Shown: positions 1 through 11,214 of the stretch, piece by piece | Position numbering within the stretch: the stretch's first letter is position 1 | How the letters are laid out: each line of letters begins with the position of its first letter | Source: Microcoleus sp. | GTDB lineage: Bacteria > Cyanobacteriota > Cyanobacteriia > Cyanobacteriales > Microcoleaceae | Assembly (NCBI GenBank): GCA_052279835.1 | Contig: CP181291.1 | Coordinates: 576,001 to 640,000, forward strand | Length of the DNA: 64,000 nucleotides | Direction: 5' to 3' | Position numbers and translations under genes: made by a program | Notes under the pieces: model-generated | What the model was told of the DNA's origin: nothing | Seen by the model: only the letters and a program-made list of their open reading frames with translations | Databases searched by the model: none

Positions 1-53
1 GGATGGTTGAAGTGGTTGGTTTGGGTTAGTTGGCGTCTAGAGTAGTGGAAATT

Positions 54-3000
54 ATGCCCTCGATTGATAAGATGGAAAAAGCAGCGGTTGATTTGAGTCA
101 GCAAGCAGAAGTTTATTTAGCTGAAGGTAGGTTAAATGAGGCGGTGGCTGCTTGTGAGTCAGCCCTGAAAATTCAGCCGAATTTGGCGACAGCTTGTCAG
201 ACACTGGGAAAAGTAATGCAGCTTCGAGGAGAAATTGAGCAAGCTAAACAGTGGTATGAAGCGGCGATCGATCGCAATCCCAATTTACCCGAAGTTTACG
301 CTAATCTCGGCATTTTGTATTCTCAGCTAAAACAGTGGCAAAACGCGATCGCAGCTTGTGAAAAAGCAATTTCCCTGGCACCGAAATTTGCTGCTGCTTA
401 CCGACAGTTGGCGATAGTTTGGACGCAGTTGCAGAAGCAAGAAACAGCTACAGAGTATTGGTATCAAGCTTTTAATATCGATCCGAATTGGGCAACGGCT
501 GACGAGTACGTCACCCTGGGAAATCATTTAGTGGAACAAGATAAGTTCGATCGGGCTATTGAATGTTATTCGCGGGCAATTCAAATCGATCCTAAATTAT
601 TAATAGCTTATCATAATTTGGGAGAAATCCTATTTCGGGAAAAAAGGTGGGAAGAGGCGATCGCCAACTACCGGAAAGTCATTAAAATTAATCCTGATTC
701 CTTTGAAGCTTACCACAGTTTGGGTAAAATTTGGGTGGCTCAAGGAGAATTAGACAGGGCAATCTCCTGTTACCAAAAAAGTATTGAAATTAATCCTAAC
801 TATGCTCGTGCCAGCCTGGGATTGGGCAATGTTTTGGTACAAAAGGGTGAATTGGATGCAGCAATTAACTGTTACCGCCAAGCTCTTAAAATTAACAGCA
901 ATTCCGCTTGGACTCATAATTACTTAGGGGAAGCTTTGGCTCACAAACAACTGTGGGAAGAAGCGGTGATTTGCTACCGCAAAGCTATTGAATTAAATTC
1001 AAATGTTCCTTGGTTTTACCTCAATTTGGGAATTGCCTTAACCTGTGAAAAATCCTGGGATGAAGCTGTTGCCGCTTACCTGCGTGCGATTCAGCTTGAA
1101 CCCAATTTGACGGGAATTAATCAGAGATTGGGATATGTTTTGCGGAAACGTAGCGAGTCTGGTCTCGATAACACAATTGTTAGTTATTGTCAAGATATTG
1201 AGATGCTTGCTAGCGGCAAACTTTACCACAAATTCCTGGGGATTGAGTTAGATGGAGCGGAATTTTATCTAAATTTAGGAAATAGTTTAGCTAAGCAGAA
1301 ACAGTTGGAAGGTGCGATCGTCTTTTATAGAATGGCGCTGCAAATAGAACCCAAGGTGCCGGAAGTTGTTGCCAAACTGGATGAGGCGCGCCAGAAACAA
1401 CGGGAGTTATACGCACAAATTGCCACTTACCGTCACCAAATTGCGATCGCCCCTAATGATTCTCAAGCCTACAACGATTTAGGGAACATTTTACCACAAT
1501 TAGGGGAATTAGACGAAGCAATTGTCTGTCACCAAAAAGCCAGCGCATTGAGGGGGTGGGCTGAATGTGCGACGAAAAATTATCAATTTACCCAAGATTG
1601 GTTTACCCACAATATCCCTATTTGGCAACGACATTTGCAACCCTTGGCAGGAATTCCCGAATTTAAAGTTGTGGAAATCGGCAGTTTTCAAGGAATGTCT
1701 GCCTGCTGGTTGTTGGATAATATTTTAACTCACCCCACCGCCAAAATTACTTGCATTGATTTACACTTCCAACAACATTTTAAGGGGAATATTGCCAAAA
1801 CAGGACTAGCAGAGCGAGTCATTGAATTAGAGGGCTATTCTCAAGACTTATTAGTGAATTTAACTTCGGAATCTTACGACATTGCTTACGTTGACGGCTG
1901 TCACAAACCCACCAGTGCCCTGCAAGATGCGATTTTATCTTGGAGGTTGGTGAAAGTTGGGGGATTGATGATTTTTGATGATTACGAATTTACGTTTCCA
2001 GACAGCCCGGAGCAAGATACTAAAATCGGGATAGATGTTTTTCTGGAGATGTTTGGAAGTCAGTTAGAAGTAGTTCATAAAGGTTATCAACTGATTGTGA
2101 AAAAAACTGGTAATCAAAACTTGGGGAAGGAGCAAGCACTCTTGTCTCAAGGTTGGGAAAAGTTGGGAGATATTGCGGCAAATACGGGTTATGCCGATGA
2201 GGCGATCGTCCGTTATCAAACAGCAATTAAAATTAAGTCTGGCACATACTCAATTTACCATAAGTTAGGTAAAAGTTTACAAGAAAAAGAACTGTTTGAC
2301 CAAGCTATCACCGCTTACAGACAGGCAATTCAATTTAATCCAAATTTTAGTTGGGCTTACCACTATCTAGGAGAAACTTTGCAGGCGATTGAGGAATATG
2401 CTGATGCTGCTGCTGCTTACCGCAAAGCAATTGAGTTGAATCCTGATTTTTGTTGGAGTTACAGCAGTTTGGGTGATGTTTTGATGGAGCTGGTTGAGTT
2501 CGAGCAAGCTGCTGTCGCTTACCGCAAAGCAATTGAGTTGAATCCTGATTTTTGTTGGAGTTACAGCAGTTTGGGTGATGTTTTGATGGAGCTGGTTGAG
2601 TTCGAGCAAGCTGCTGTCGCTTACCGCAAAGTCATTGAATTGAATCCTGATTTTTGTTGGGCTTACGACAAGTTGGGTAAGGCTTTAATTGCATTGGAAA
2701 ATTGGGAGGAAGCGGAGGTTGCTTATCGCAAAGCTGTTGAGTTGAATCCTGACTTTTGTTGGCTATATAATAGTTTGGGAGAAGTGCTGGAAGAGCAAGA
2801 AAAGTGGCCGGAAGCAGCAGTGGCTTTTCGCCATGCTGTTGATTTGTCGCCGGATACTATTTGGCTATACAAAAAGTTGGGTGATGCACTGCGAAAACAA
2901 GGGGATTGGGAAAGTGCGATCGCAATTTATGAACAAGGCATTAATCTGGAACCCAAATCCTGTTGGTTTTACGAAGGATTGGGTTTAACTTTAATTGAAA

Positions 3001-4247
3001 AACAGCAGTGGGAACCGGCAGTAACTAATTTAATTCAAGCACTGCAAATCCAACCAGATTTGTTTGAAGTTTATAATAGTATAGGTTATGCTCTGGAACA
3101 ACAAGGGGAAGTCGATGAGAGCGATATGGCAAAATTTAGCAATCAAATCTTACCATTAACTGTACTCAAAAAATACTGCGGTTTTACAGAGGATTTGGCA
3201 ATTACAGCAGAGTCAAATCCGAACATTACTTGTATTGACATCCATCCAGCCAGTCAAATCAATTTATTAGCTTCCAAAACTACCGACAGCAACAACAGAT
3301 TTGGGGCCGATCAAACTCATGCAAGAAAAGCTTTTGTTACCTTACTACCAAAGGGACGAGCTTGGGCTGATGTTGTGACTACTGCCGTCATTACTTCAGA
3401 TAACAAACTTGTTGGCGATATCTCAATGGGTTGTGCTGAATTAGTCATCACTTCCGACAAATTACCTCCCACTGAACATATAAATGGAAATGTGGCTTTT
3501 TTATCAGCACGTTGGGGAGGAGCGGCTTATTTTCATTGGATGTTTGATGTCATGACTCGATTTGACCTTTTGCAAAGAAGCGGGTTAATCGAAAGTATAG
3601 ATAAGTTTGTTGTCAACGCCTGCGATTCTGCTTACCAAAAAGAAACTTTAAATACTTTAGGAATTCCTGAACATAAAATTTTAGAAAGTCGCTGTAATCT
3701 CCACATAACCGCAGATAAATTAATAGTTCCTTCAATTTCTTATGATGGAGCGGGAGCAGTTTCTAAATGGAAATGCGATTATCTGAAACAAGCTTTTTTA
3801 ACTACACAGCAACCACTAAAAATAAATTATTCAGAACGAATTTATATCAGTAGACAAAAAGCATCTTATCGGCGAATTGTCAACGATGAAGAAGTAATTA
3901 AGTTTTTGGAAAAATTTGGGTTTCGGAGTGTCGAACTGGAAACGATGTCGGTAGCTGAACAAGCAGCTTGTTTGGCTGCTGCTAAAGTAGTTGTTGCACC
4001 TCACGGAGCTGGATTGACTAATCTAGTTTTTTGCACTCAGGGAACTAAGGTAATTGAGATTTTTTCTCCTATTTACGTGCCGTATTGTTATTGGATGATT
4101 AGCAATTTTTGCGATTTGGAACATTACTATTTAATTGGTGATTTGTTGGATGACGGAACTATTGAAAAACCCGTACATCAAAATATGAAATTGGATGTGA
4201 AATCGCTGGAGAAGTTAATGAATCTTGCAGGAGTTTTGCATGAATAA
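54..4247 (+). CDS. Large TPR protein fused to a class I SAM methyltransferase domain and a C-terminal glycosyltransferase family 61 (DUF563) domain
   Basis: Many 34-aa TPRs; VEIGSFQGMS and YVDGCH methyltransferase motifs; YFHWM, IYISR, VVAPHGAGLTN GT61 motifs. The ORF track starts at TTG 30; ATG 54 or 72 is more likely. Confidence 0.85.
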   Translation: MPSIDKMEKAAVDLSQQAEVYLAEGRLNEAVAACESALKIQPNLATACQTLGKVMQLRGEIEQAKQWYEAAIDRNPNLPEVYANLGILYSQLKQWQNAIAACEKAISLAPKFAAAYRQLAIVWTQLQKQETATEYWYQAFNIDPNWATADEYVTLGNHLVEQDKFDRAIECYSRAIQIDPKLLIAYHNLGEILFREKRWEEAIANYRKVIKINPDSFEAYHSLGKIWVAQGELDRAISCYQKSIEINPNYARASLGLGNVLVQKGELDAAINCYRQALKINSNSAWTHNYLGEALAHKQLWEEAVICYRKAIELNSNVPWFYLNLGIALTCEKSWDEAVAAYLRAIQLEPNLTGINQRLGYVLRKRSESGLDNTIVSYCQDIEMLASGKLYHKFLGIELDGAEFYLNLGNSLAKQKQLEGAIVFYRMALQIEPKVPEVVAKLDEARQKQRELYAQIATYRHQIAIAPNDSQAYNDLGNILPQLGELDEAIVCHQKASALRGWAECATKNYQFTQDWFTHNIPIWQRHLQPLAGIPEFKVVEIGSFQGMSACWLLDNILTHPTAKITCIDLHFQQHFKGNIAKTGLAERVIELEGYSQDLLVNLTSESYDIAYVDGCHKPTSALQDAILSWRLVKVGGLMIFDDYEFTFPDSPEQDTKIGIDVFLEMFGSQLEVVHKGYQLIVKKTGNQNLGKEQALLSQGWEKLGDIAANTGYADEAIVRYQTAIKIKSGTYSIYHKLGKSLQEKELFDQAITAYRQAIQFNPNFSWAYHYLGETLQAIEEYADAAAAYRKAIELNPDFCWSYSSLGDVLMELVEFEQAAVAYRKAIELNPDFCWSYSSLGDVLMELVEFEQAAVAYRKVIELNPDFCWAYDKLGKALIALENWEEAEVAYRKAVELNPDFCWLYNSLGEVLEEQEKWPEAAVAFRHAVDLSPDTIWLYKKLGDALRKQGDWESAIAIYEQGINLEPKSCWFYEGLGLTLIEKQQWEPAVTNLIQALQIQPDLFEVYNSIGYALEQQGEVDESDMAKFSNQILPLTVLKKYCGFTEDLAITAESNPNITCIDIHPASQINLLASKTTDSNNRFGADQTHARKAFVTLLPKGRAWADVVTTAVITSDNKLVGDISMGCAELVITSDKLPPTEHINGNVAFLSARWGGAAYFHWMFDVMTRFDLLQRSGLIESIDKFVVNACDSAYQKETLNTLGIPEHKILESRCNLHITADKLIVPSISYDGAGAVSKWKCDYLKQAFLTTQQPLKINYSERIYISRQKASYRRIVNDEEVIKFLEKFGFRSVELETMSVAEQAACLAAAKVVVAPHGAGLTNLVFCTQGTKVIEIFSPIYVPYCYWMISNFCDLEHYYLIGDLLDDGTIEKPVHQNMKLDVKSLEKLMNLAGVLHE
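2415..2631 (+). repeat. Exact 102-bp tandem duplication of one TPR unit inside the CDS
   Basis: GCTTACCGCAAAG begins at 2415, 2517 and 2619; the first two units are nucleotide-identical (AYRKAIELNPDFCWSYSSLGDVLMELVEFEQAAV x2). Confidence 0.95.
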
Positions 4248-6039
4248 TGATTACCATAATTTGGGTAATTCCCTGCTAGCTAGTGGGAGATTTGAGGAGG
4301 CTGTCATCGCCTACAAAAAAGCTGTTGAATTGAATCCCAATTTTTCTTGGTCTTATCACGGTTTGGGCGATGTTTTGCAGAAACTCGGACACCGAGATGA
4401 GGCTGTCGCCGCCTATAGGAAAGCTATTGAGTTAAATCCTGATTTTGCTTGGTCTTATCATAATTTGGGCGATGTTTTATTAGAGTTAGAACTATGGGAG
4501 GAGGCTGTTGCTGCTTACCGCTGCGAGATTAAAATTAAGTCAGATTTTGCTTGGTCTTTTTGCAATTTAGGAGATGCTTTGACTAAGCTAAAACAGTGGA
4601 ATGAAGCGATTTATGCCTATTTACAAGCTATTCTAATTGACCGAGATTTGCCGGGAATTTATGAGAAGTTGGGCTATGTTCTGCGACAAACAGAATCTGA
4701 CTTAAGGCCGGTGTTGTTACCAGGTGAATTGCTGATTACACCGGAAAATCGCGACTTTTATTTGGGTGTAGGGAGGAGTTTAGCACAGGGCGATCGCCCA
4801 GAAAGTGCAATTATTTTTTGTAAACTACTCTTGACATATGAGCCATTGTGCGATACATGGTTGACGCAATTAGGGGAGTTTTTGCAGGAACAAGAAAAGT
4901 GCGATCGCACTTTAGCCTCCGCTCGCGAAATAGTCGCCCAAAAACCTGATGATTGTTTTTCTTATTACAATTTAGGTGCTGTTTTAACCCATCAAAAAAA
5001 GTGGAATGAAGCGGCTGAGTCGTTTTTGCAAGCAATAAAAATAAATCCAGATTTTTACTGGTGGTTTTATTACAATTTGTGGGAAGTTGTGGTTAAGCAA
5101 AATAAGCTGGAGGAAGTGGCTAGTTTGTATCGGGGATTTGTAGAATCTCACCCGGAGGCTTTTTGGCATTATTTGAATTTGGGGGAGGCTTTGACTAGAC
5201 AAGGCAAAATTGAAGAGGCAATTGGCTGTTATCAAACTGTCAGTTACCGTCAAACTTTTTCATCTATTATAAGTAAGGAGACAGGTAAGATGCCTGTGCC
5301 ACAAAATACGGTCAAATGTCCTAATTTTATCATTATTGGTTCCCAGCGGTGTGGCACAACTTCTCTGTACACTTATTTAGCTCAACACCCGCAAATTTTG
5401 ACTCCTATTAAAAAGGAGATGGATTTTTTCTCGTGGCACTTTGACAGAGGGATTGATTGGTATTTGGCTCATTTTCCACCCATGCCAGCCGGGGAGCAAT
5501 TTTTGACAGGCGAAGCCAGTCCCAGCTATTTTGACTCTCTGGCAGCACCAGAACGGCTCTACAGCGCTTTTCCAGAGGTGAAGCTGATTGTACTTTTGCG
5601 CAATCCGGTCGATCGCGCTATTTCTCAATTCTACCGTTTGACTGAGTTAAACTGGGAAGGGCGATCGTTCGATCGAGCAATTAGCGATGAAATTGCACGA
5701 TTGGCTCAAAATCCAGCATATATTATTGGCGAGGAACCGGGTAATTATTTAGCTCGCGGTAGGTATATAGAATTTATCAAAAACTGGCTGGCTTTTTTTC
5801 CGAAATCACAGTTGTTGATTTTGAGAAGCGAAGATTTTTATGCCAATGCAGCGACGACTGTTTTGCAAGTTTTAGATTTTTTAGATTTGCCTGAATATCA
5901 ATTACCTGAATATCCAAATGCTAATCCTGGTTCTTATCAGCCTATCAGCGATTCGGTGCGCGACTGGTTGAGCGATTATTTTCGACCTTACAATCAGGAA
6001 CTAGAGGAGTATTTAGGCAGAAAGTTTAATTGGGAATAG
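4240..6039 (+). CDS. TPR protein with C-terminal PAPS-dependent sulfotransferase domain
   Basis: TPRs, then PNFIIIGSQRCGTTSL (5'-PSB loop) and LLRNPVDRAIS (3'-PB). ATG 4240 overlaps the end of the upstream gene. Confidence 0.88.
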   Translation: MNNDYHNLGNSLLASGRFEEAVIAYKKAVELNPNFSWSYHGLGDVLQKLGHRDEAVAAYRKAIELNPDFAWSYHNLGDVLLELELWEEAVAAYRCEIKIKSDFAWSFCNLGDALTKLKQWNEAIYAYLQAILIDRDLPGIYEKLGYVLRQTESDLRPVLLPGELLITPENRDFYLGVGRSLAQGDRPESAIIFCKLLLTYEPLCDTWLTQLGEFLQEQEKCDRTLASAREIVAQKPDDCFSYYNLGAVLTHQKKWNEAAESFLQAIKINPDFYWWFYYNLWEVVVKQNKLEEVASLYRGFVESHPEAFWHYLNLGEALTRQGKIEEAIGCYQTVSYRQTFSSIISKETGKMPVPQNTVKCPNFIIIGSQRCGTTSLYTYLAQHPQILTPIKKEMDFFSWHFDRGIDWYLAHFPPMPAGEQFLTGEASPSYFDSLAAPERLYSAFPEVKLIVLLRNPVDRAISQFYRLTELNWEGRSFDRAISDEIARLAQNPAYIIGEEPGNYLARGRYIEFIKNWLAFFPKSQLLILRSEDFYANAATTVLQVLDFLDLPEYQLPEYPNANPGSYQPISDSVRDWLSDYFRPYNQELEEYLGRKFNWE

Positions 6040-6072
6040 GGCATCGGGCATCGGGCATCGGGCATCGGGCAT
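6040..6072 (+). repeat. STRR heptamer array (GGGCATC)n
   Basis: About 5 tandem GGGCATC units; related GGGCATT units resume after 6266. Confidence 0.9.
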
Positions 6073-6266
6073 TAGTGTCAACTTAAGCCTGAAAGCTTTG
6101 GTATCTCTCGCTTTTACGCCAAGTCTAGATCCCCCTAAATCCCCCTTAAGAAGGGGGACTTTGATCGGAATCTTGTTCCCCCCTTCTTAAGGGGGGCTAG
6201 GGGGGATCTGGATTTAATAGTCAAATAGCAATCTCTGACTGGATTTGAGCTTAAGTTGACACCAAT
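6071..6266. mobile_element. 196-bp MITE-like element with ATTGGTGTCAACTTAAGC terminal inverted repeats
   Basis: ATTAGTGTCAACTTAAGC (6071-6088) and GCTTAAGTTGACACCAAT (6249-6266) are 17/18 complementary; internal CCCCCTTAAGAAGGGGG palindromes; interrupts an STRR array. Confidence 0.8.
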
Positions 6267-6342
6267 GGGGCATTGGGCATTGGTAGCTCCCCCTCTCCCC
6301 CTCTTCCCCTCCCCCCCCTCTCCCCCTCTTCCACTCTCCCCA

Positions 6343-6372
6343 TTGACAAGTCATACTCGTTATGAGTACGAT
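6343..6372 (+). promoter_or_regulatory. Probable sigma70-type promoter of the peroxiredoxin gene with an overlapping palindromic operator
   Basis: TTGACA (6343-6348), 18-bp spacer, TACGAT (6367-6372); TACTC-N5-GAGTA palindrome overlaps the spacer and -10. Confidence 0.55.
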
Positions 6373-6418
6373 TAGAGTAGCAAGTGAATTTAACCCAAAT
6401 ACCGAAGGATTCAAAATC

Positions 6419-7153
6419 ATGCTGCCGAACAAAGAAGGTCAAAGAGTACCCAATGTCACCTTTCGCACCCGCAAAGATAACGAGTGGGTTGATGTCACCA
6501 CCGCTGATTTGTTTGCAGGCAAAACCGTAGTAGTATTTTCGCTACCTGGAGCATTTACTCCCACTTGTTCGTCAACGCACCTCCCCGGTTACAACGAATT
6601 AGCCAAAACTTTCAAAGCCAATGGTGTAGATGAAATTGTTTGCATTTCCGTCAATGACACATTTGTGATGAACGAATGGGCAAAAGACCAAGAATCGGAC
6701 AATGTTACCTTAATTCCCGACGGTAACGGCGAATTTTCTGAAGGCATGGGAATGCTGGTAGACAAAACAGATTTAGGTTTTGGCAAGCGGTCTTGGCGCT
6801 ATTCTATGCTAGTGAAAGATGGCTTAATAGAAAAAATGTTTATTGAGCCGGAAGAGCCTGGAGACCCTTTCAAGGTGTCCGATGCTGATACGATGCTTCA
6901 CTACATTAACTCCGCAGCAGCAAAGCCCAAAGTTGTATCTTTGTTCACCAAAGTTGGCTGTCCCTTCTGCGCCCGCGCTAAGGCAATGCTGACTGAAAAG
7001 GGCTTGGATTATGAAGAAATCGTCTTGGGTCAAGATATCACAACTCGATCGCTCCGCGCCGTAACAGGGGCTACCACAGTGCCACAAGTATTTATTGATG
7101 GCAAATTGATTGGTGGCTCCGAAGCCCTAGAATCTTATTTGGCTGCTGGTTAG
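6419..7153 (+). CDS. Hybrid peroxiredoxin (Prx5-type)-glutaredoxin, PGdx family
   Basis: PGAFTPTCS peroxidatic motif and C-terminal CPFC glutaredoxin with TVPQVF; ATG 6419 follows GAAGGA. Confidence 0.92.
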   Translation: MLPNKEGQRVPNVTFRTRKDNEWVDVTTADLFAGKTVVVFSLPGAFTPTCSSTHLPGYNELAKTFKANGVDEIVCISVNDTFVMNEWAKDQESDNVTLIPDGNGEFSEGMGMLVDKTDLGFGKRSWRYSMLVKDGLIEKMFIEPEEPGDPFKVSDADTMLHYINSAAAKPKVVSLFTKVGCPFCARAKAMLTEKGLDYEEIVLGQDITTRSLRAVTGATTVPQVFIDGKLIGGSEALESYLAAG

Positions 7154-7339
7154 GAAACCATACCTAACTCCCTTCCCGAGGAAGGGAAGGGGGAGGAAGA
7201 TGTCTTGCCCCTTTTGGGCGAGGTTTGGGTTCAACAGTTCCATAGCCAAAAAAATAAGATCGATCGCCCGATCGATCCATTCTCGTGTCACAATTACCTG
7301 TGAAGTAAGATAAAAAATCAGACATGGGAGTAACCGATC

Positions 7340-8311
7340 GTGGATTTAAGTCTCGTATCATCAAATATCTTAAATCCACCCGTATTAGCTTTTTTTATGG
7401 GACTGCTGGCAGTTTTTCTCAAATCTGATTTAGAAATTCCAGCACCAATCCCCAAACTGTTTTCATTGTACTTACTGTTTGCGATCGGATTTAAGGGCGG
7501 AGTAGAACTGGCAAAAAGTGGCATCGACCAGCAAGTTGCACTGACAATACTAGCAGCGATGTTGATGTCAGCCCTTGTGCCGGTTTATACTTTCTTTATA
7601 CTCAGAATCAAACTTGATTCTTACAATGCTGCTGCAATAGCAGCTACCTATGGTTCCATCAGTGCGGTAACATTTATCACCGCCACTTCTTTTCTCAAAG
7701 AACTGGGAATTGACTTTAACGGCTACATGGTAGCAGCCCTAGCATTAATGGAATCCCCAGCAATTATCGTCGGTCTCATTCTCGTTAGCGTATTCGGCGG
7801 GGAAGAAGGAAAACGCGAAATAGTTTGGCCAGAAGTGCTGCAAGAATCCTTCCTGAATAGCTCTGTATTTCTGCTCATCGGTAGCCTAATTATGGGTATA
7901 CTGACAGGAGAACATGGTTGGCAAGTGCTGAGTCCTTTTACCCAAGATTTGTTTTACGGGGTTCTGACTTTTTTCTTGTTGGACATGGGACTTGTCGCCG
8001 CCAGCAGAATTAAAGATTTGCAAGAAGCAGGAATTTTTCTGATCGGTTTTGCCATCCTAATTCCTATAGTAAATGCAGTGATTGGTTTGCTAATAGCGAA
8101 ATTAATTGGAATGCCACAAGGAGATGCTTTGCTGTTTTCGGTATTGTGCGCCAGTGCTTCTTATATAGCAGTTCCAGCAGCCATGCGGCTAACGGTTCCC
8201 GAAGCTAACCCAAGTCTTTATATTTCAACGGCTTTAGCAGTGACGTTTCCGTTTAATATCATTGTAGGTATTCCCATGTATCTATATGTAATCAATATAT
8301 TTTGGAGGTGA
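7340..8311 (+). CDS. sbtA: SbtA-family sodium-dependent bicarbonate transporter
   Basis: Polytopic membrane protein with KSDLEIP, YGSISAVTF, MESPAI, SASYIAVPAAMR and TFPFNI motifs. Confidence 0.88.
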   Translation: MDLSLVSSNILNPPVLAFFMGLLAVFLKSDLEIPAPIPKLFSLYLLFAIGFKGGVELAKSGIDQQVALTILAAMLMSALVPVYTFFILRIKLDSYNAAAIAATYGSISAVTFITATSFLKELGIDFNGYMVAALALMESPAIIVGLILVSVFGGEEGKREIVWPEVLQESFLNSSVFLLIGSLIMGILTGEHGWQVLSPFTQDLFYGVLTFFLLDMGLVAASRIKDLQEAGIFLIGFAILIPIVNAVIGLLIAKLIGMPQGDALLFSVLCASASYIAVPAAMRLTVPEANPSLYISTALAVTFPFNIIVGIPMYLYVINIFWR

Positions 8312-8312
8312 G

Positions 8313-8624
8313 ATGATGGATTCAGTTAAAAGAATAGAAATCATAGCTCATTCAGTTGAGCTGGGAAAGATTTTAGATGGCTTAGATAAGGCAGGAGTGC
8401 CTGGTTATTCGGTGATTCGTGATGTTGCTGGAAAAAGCACCAGGGATCATGTTTCCCGCGATTCATCAATGACGGCGCTGGATAACATTTATGTGCTGGC
8501 TTTTTGTTCTCCCGATCAAGTATCAGCAGTCGCAGAAAACATTAGACCGGTTCTGAATAAGTTTGGTGGGTCGTGCTTTATTTCGGATGCGGTGGAATTG
8601 CTAATTACTAGGTGTGTTGGGTAG
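8313..8624 (+). CDS. sbtB: SbtB-like PII-family regulator
   Basis: 103 aa, KRIEII...GVPGYSVIRDVAGK; directly follows sbtA. Confidence 0.8.
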   Translation: MMDSVKRIEIIAHSVELGKILDGLDKAGVPGYSVIRDVAGKSTRDHVSRDSSMTALDNIYVLAFCSPDQVSAVAENIRPVLNKFGGSCFISDAVELLITRCVG

Positions 8625-8626
8625 GA

Positions 8627-8708
8627 AGTCAGTAGTCAGTAGTCAGTAGTCAGTAGTCAGTAGTCAGTTGACTGTTGACTGTTGACTGTTGTCATTACCA
8701 ATTACCAA
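8627..8708 (+). repeat. STRR heptamer arrays (AGTCAGT)n, (GACTGTT)n, (ATTACCA)-like
   Basis: Visible tandem heptamers after sbtB. Confidence 0.9.
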
Positions 8709-8812
8709 ATTCTTAAGATATAAAAAAGATTAAGTTGGACAAATGAGTTGCCGTGGTAAATTTTAACGCACAAGTTGCGATCGAGATAGCGATATTTTGC
8801 AGAGGAGTTTAA

Positions 8813-9847
<1,035 letters not shown>

Positions 9848-9853
9848 TTTTTT

Positions 9854-9888
9854 GTGTGGGGTGGGCGGGCTATTCGCTCACCCCACAC
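9854..9888. terminator. GC-rich hairpin after gap1 (terminator or REP-like)
   Basis: GTGTGGGGTGGGCG-N7-CGCTCACCCCACAC inverted repeat. Confidence 0.55.
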
Positions 9889-10034
9889 GCAGATTTATTC
9901 CATCTTCTATCTTCCATCTTCCTGCTTTAGATATAGAAATCCTTGCAGGAGTCGTAAATCTTTTTACCCCACCCCAACCCTCCGCTTAGTAAGGTCCGGG
10001 AGTAAGACATTCAAAAATGATTTAGGATTGCTAT

Positions 10035-10400
10035 ATGTCTGAATTGCCACCTATCAATCACGAAACTATTTGGGCTATCCTCAACGAAGAAATCGACGAT
10101 GCTGCTGTCAATCGCTTAGTTTGGCAATATTTAGGCTACGGTTGGGATGCAGAGACTGGGCTGTGGAACAGTGAAAATGTGGCCCCGGAGTGGCGCACAG
10201 AGTATCCACAACCGCCGGATTTTATCGATTCTAGACTCGCAACGGTGAAATTGACTCGATCGATCCTTCCAGAAAACAAGCAGTTATTGAAGGAAAAATT
10301 GGGCTTTCAAGGCTATAAAATTGGGGAATTCGGACCGAGACAGACTCGGAGGGCCACGATGGCTAATTGGTTGATGGGTTTTATGGAGGCTGAAAGCTAG
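10035..10400 (+). CDS. Conserved cyanobacterial protein, DUF1823-like
   Basis: LVWQYLGY, PPDFIDSR.ATVKLTRSI and TRRATMANWL motifs. Confidence 0.75.
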   Translation: MSELPPINHETIWAILNEEIDDAAVNRLVWQYLGYGWDAETGLWNSENVAPEWRTEYPQPPDFIDSRLATVKLTRSILPENKQLLKEKLGFQGYKIGEFGPRQTRRATMANWLMGFMEAES

Positions 10401-10476
10401 AATCTCAAATTGGCAGACATCGGCCTGTTCCGTGAAGTATTCTAGAATCGGAACAAAACAAGTGTGAGAAGAATTT

Positions 10477-11175
10477 ATGAAAATCACCCCGATATCTCGC
10501 TTGACCAGCATTTCTCTCGCTAGCCTGATGCTAGCTGGTCTTTGTGTAAGTGCGATCGCCACGCCAGCCACTACCCAAGCCACCACTATCCAAACAGCCC
10601 AAGCTACTGCCAAAAAGCGTCTCGTCGTCATGGACTTCGACTACGGCACCACCAACAGTTACTATAGCTCCTACAGAGGAGTAGGCGCGGCCAAAGGCAT
10701 CAGCGAACTGCTAATCAATGAACTGGTGAACAATGGGACTTATACTGTAGTCGATCGCAGCAAACTCGAACAAGTGCTCAAACAGCAAAATCGCAGCGGC
10801 ACAATGGATGCCGGCACCGCAGCAGAAATTGGCAAACAATTAGGAGTTGATGCCGTGCTCATCGGCACTATTACCAAGTTTAATGTTGACAAACAATCCG
10901 GTGGCGGCAGTTTTATGGGAATCGGCGGTGGTTCTTCCAAAACCAAAGCCATAGTTCAAATTGACGCACGGTTAATTGGTACTGCTTCAGGAGATATTCT
11001 GGCCACCGCCAAAGCAGTAGGAGAGGCCGATCAAAGCGATTCTAGTATCTCCATCAGGGGTATCGGAGGCAATTCTAGCAGCAGCAATGAGGATTCACTT
11101 TTGAGCGCCGCTGTGGATAAAGCCGTATCACAAATGGTGACAAAACTTGCAGAAGTATCTAAGAAATTAGGTTAG
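10477..11175 (+). CDS. CsgG/HfaB-family secreted protein
   Basis: Signal peptide; LVVMDFD, VVDRSKLEQVLKQQ, LGVDAVLIGTITKF. Confidence 0.8.
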   Translation: MKITPISRLTSISLASLMLAGLCVSAIATPATTQATTIQTAQATAKKRLVVMDFDYGTTNSYYSSYRGVGAAKGISELLINELVNNGTYTVVDRSKLEQVLKQQNRSGTMDAGTAAEIGKQLGVDAVLIGTITKFNVDKQSGGGSFMGIGGGSSKTKAIVQIDARLIGTASGDILATAKAVGEADQSDSSISIRGIGGNSSSSNEDSLLSAAVDKAVSQMVTKLAEVSKKLG

Positions 11176-11184
11176 GCCTCTTTG

Positions 11185-11214
11185 ACCCCGACTTGTTTAC
11201 TAAGTCGGGGTTTT
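11185..11214 (+). terminator. Intrinsic terminator
   Basis: ACCCCGACTT-N7-AAGTCGGGGT followed by a T tract. Confidence 0.75.

Noticed and set aside
6214..6442. Short minus-strand ORFs upstream of the peroxiredoxin
   Set aside because: They are made of repeat and promoter sequence.
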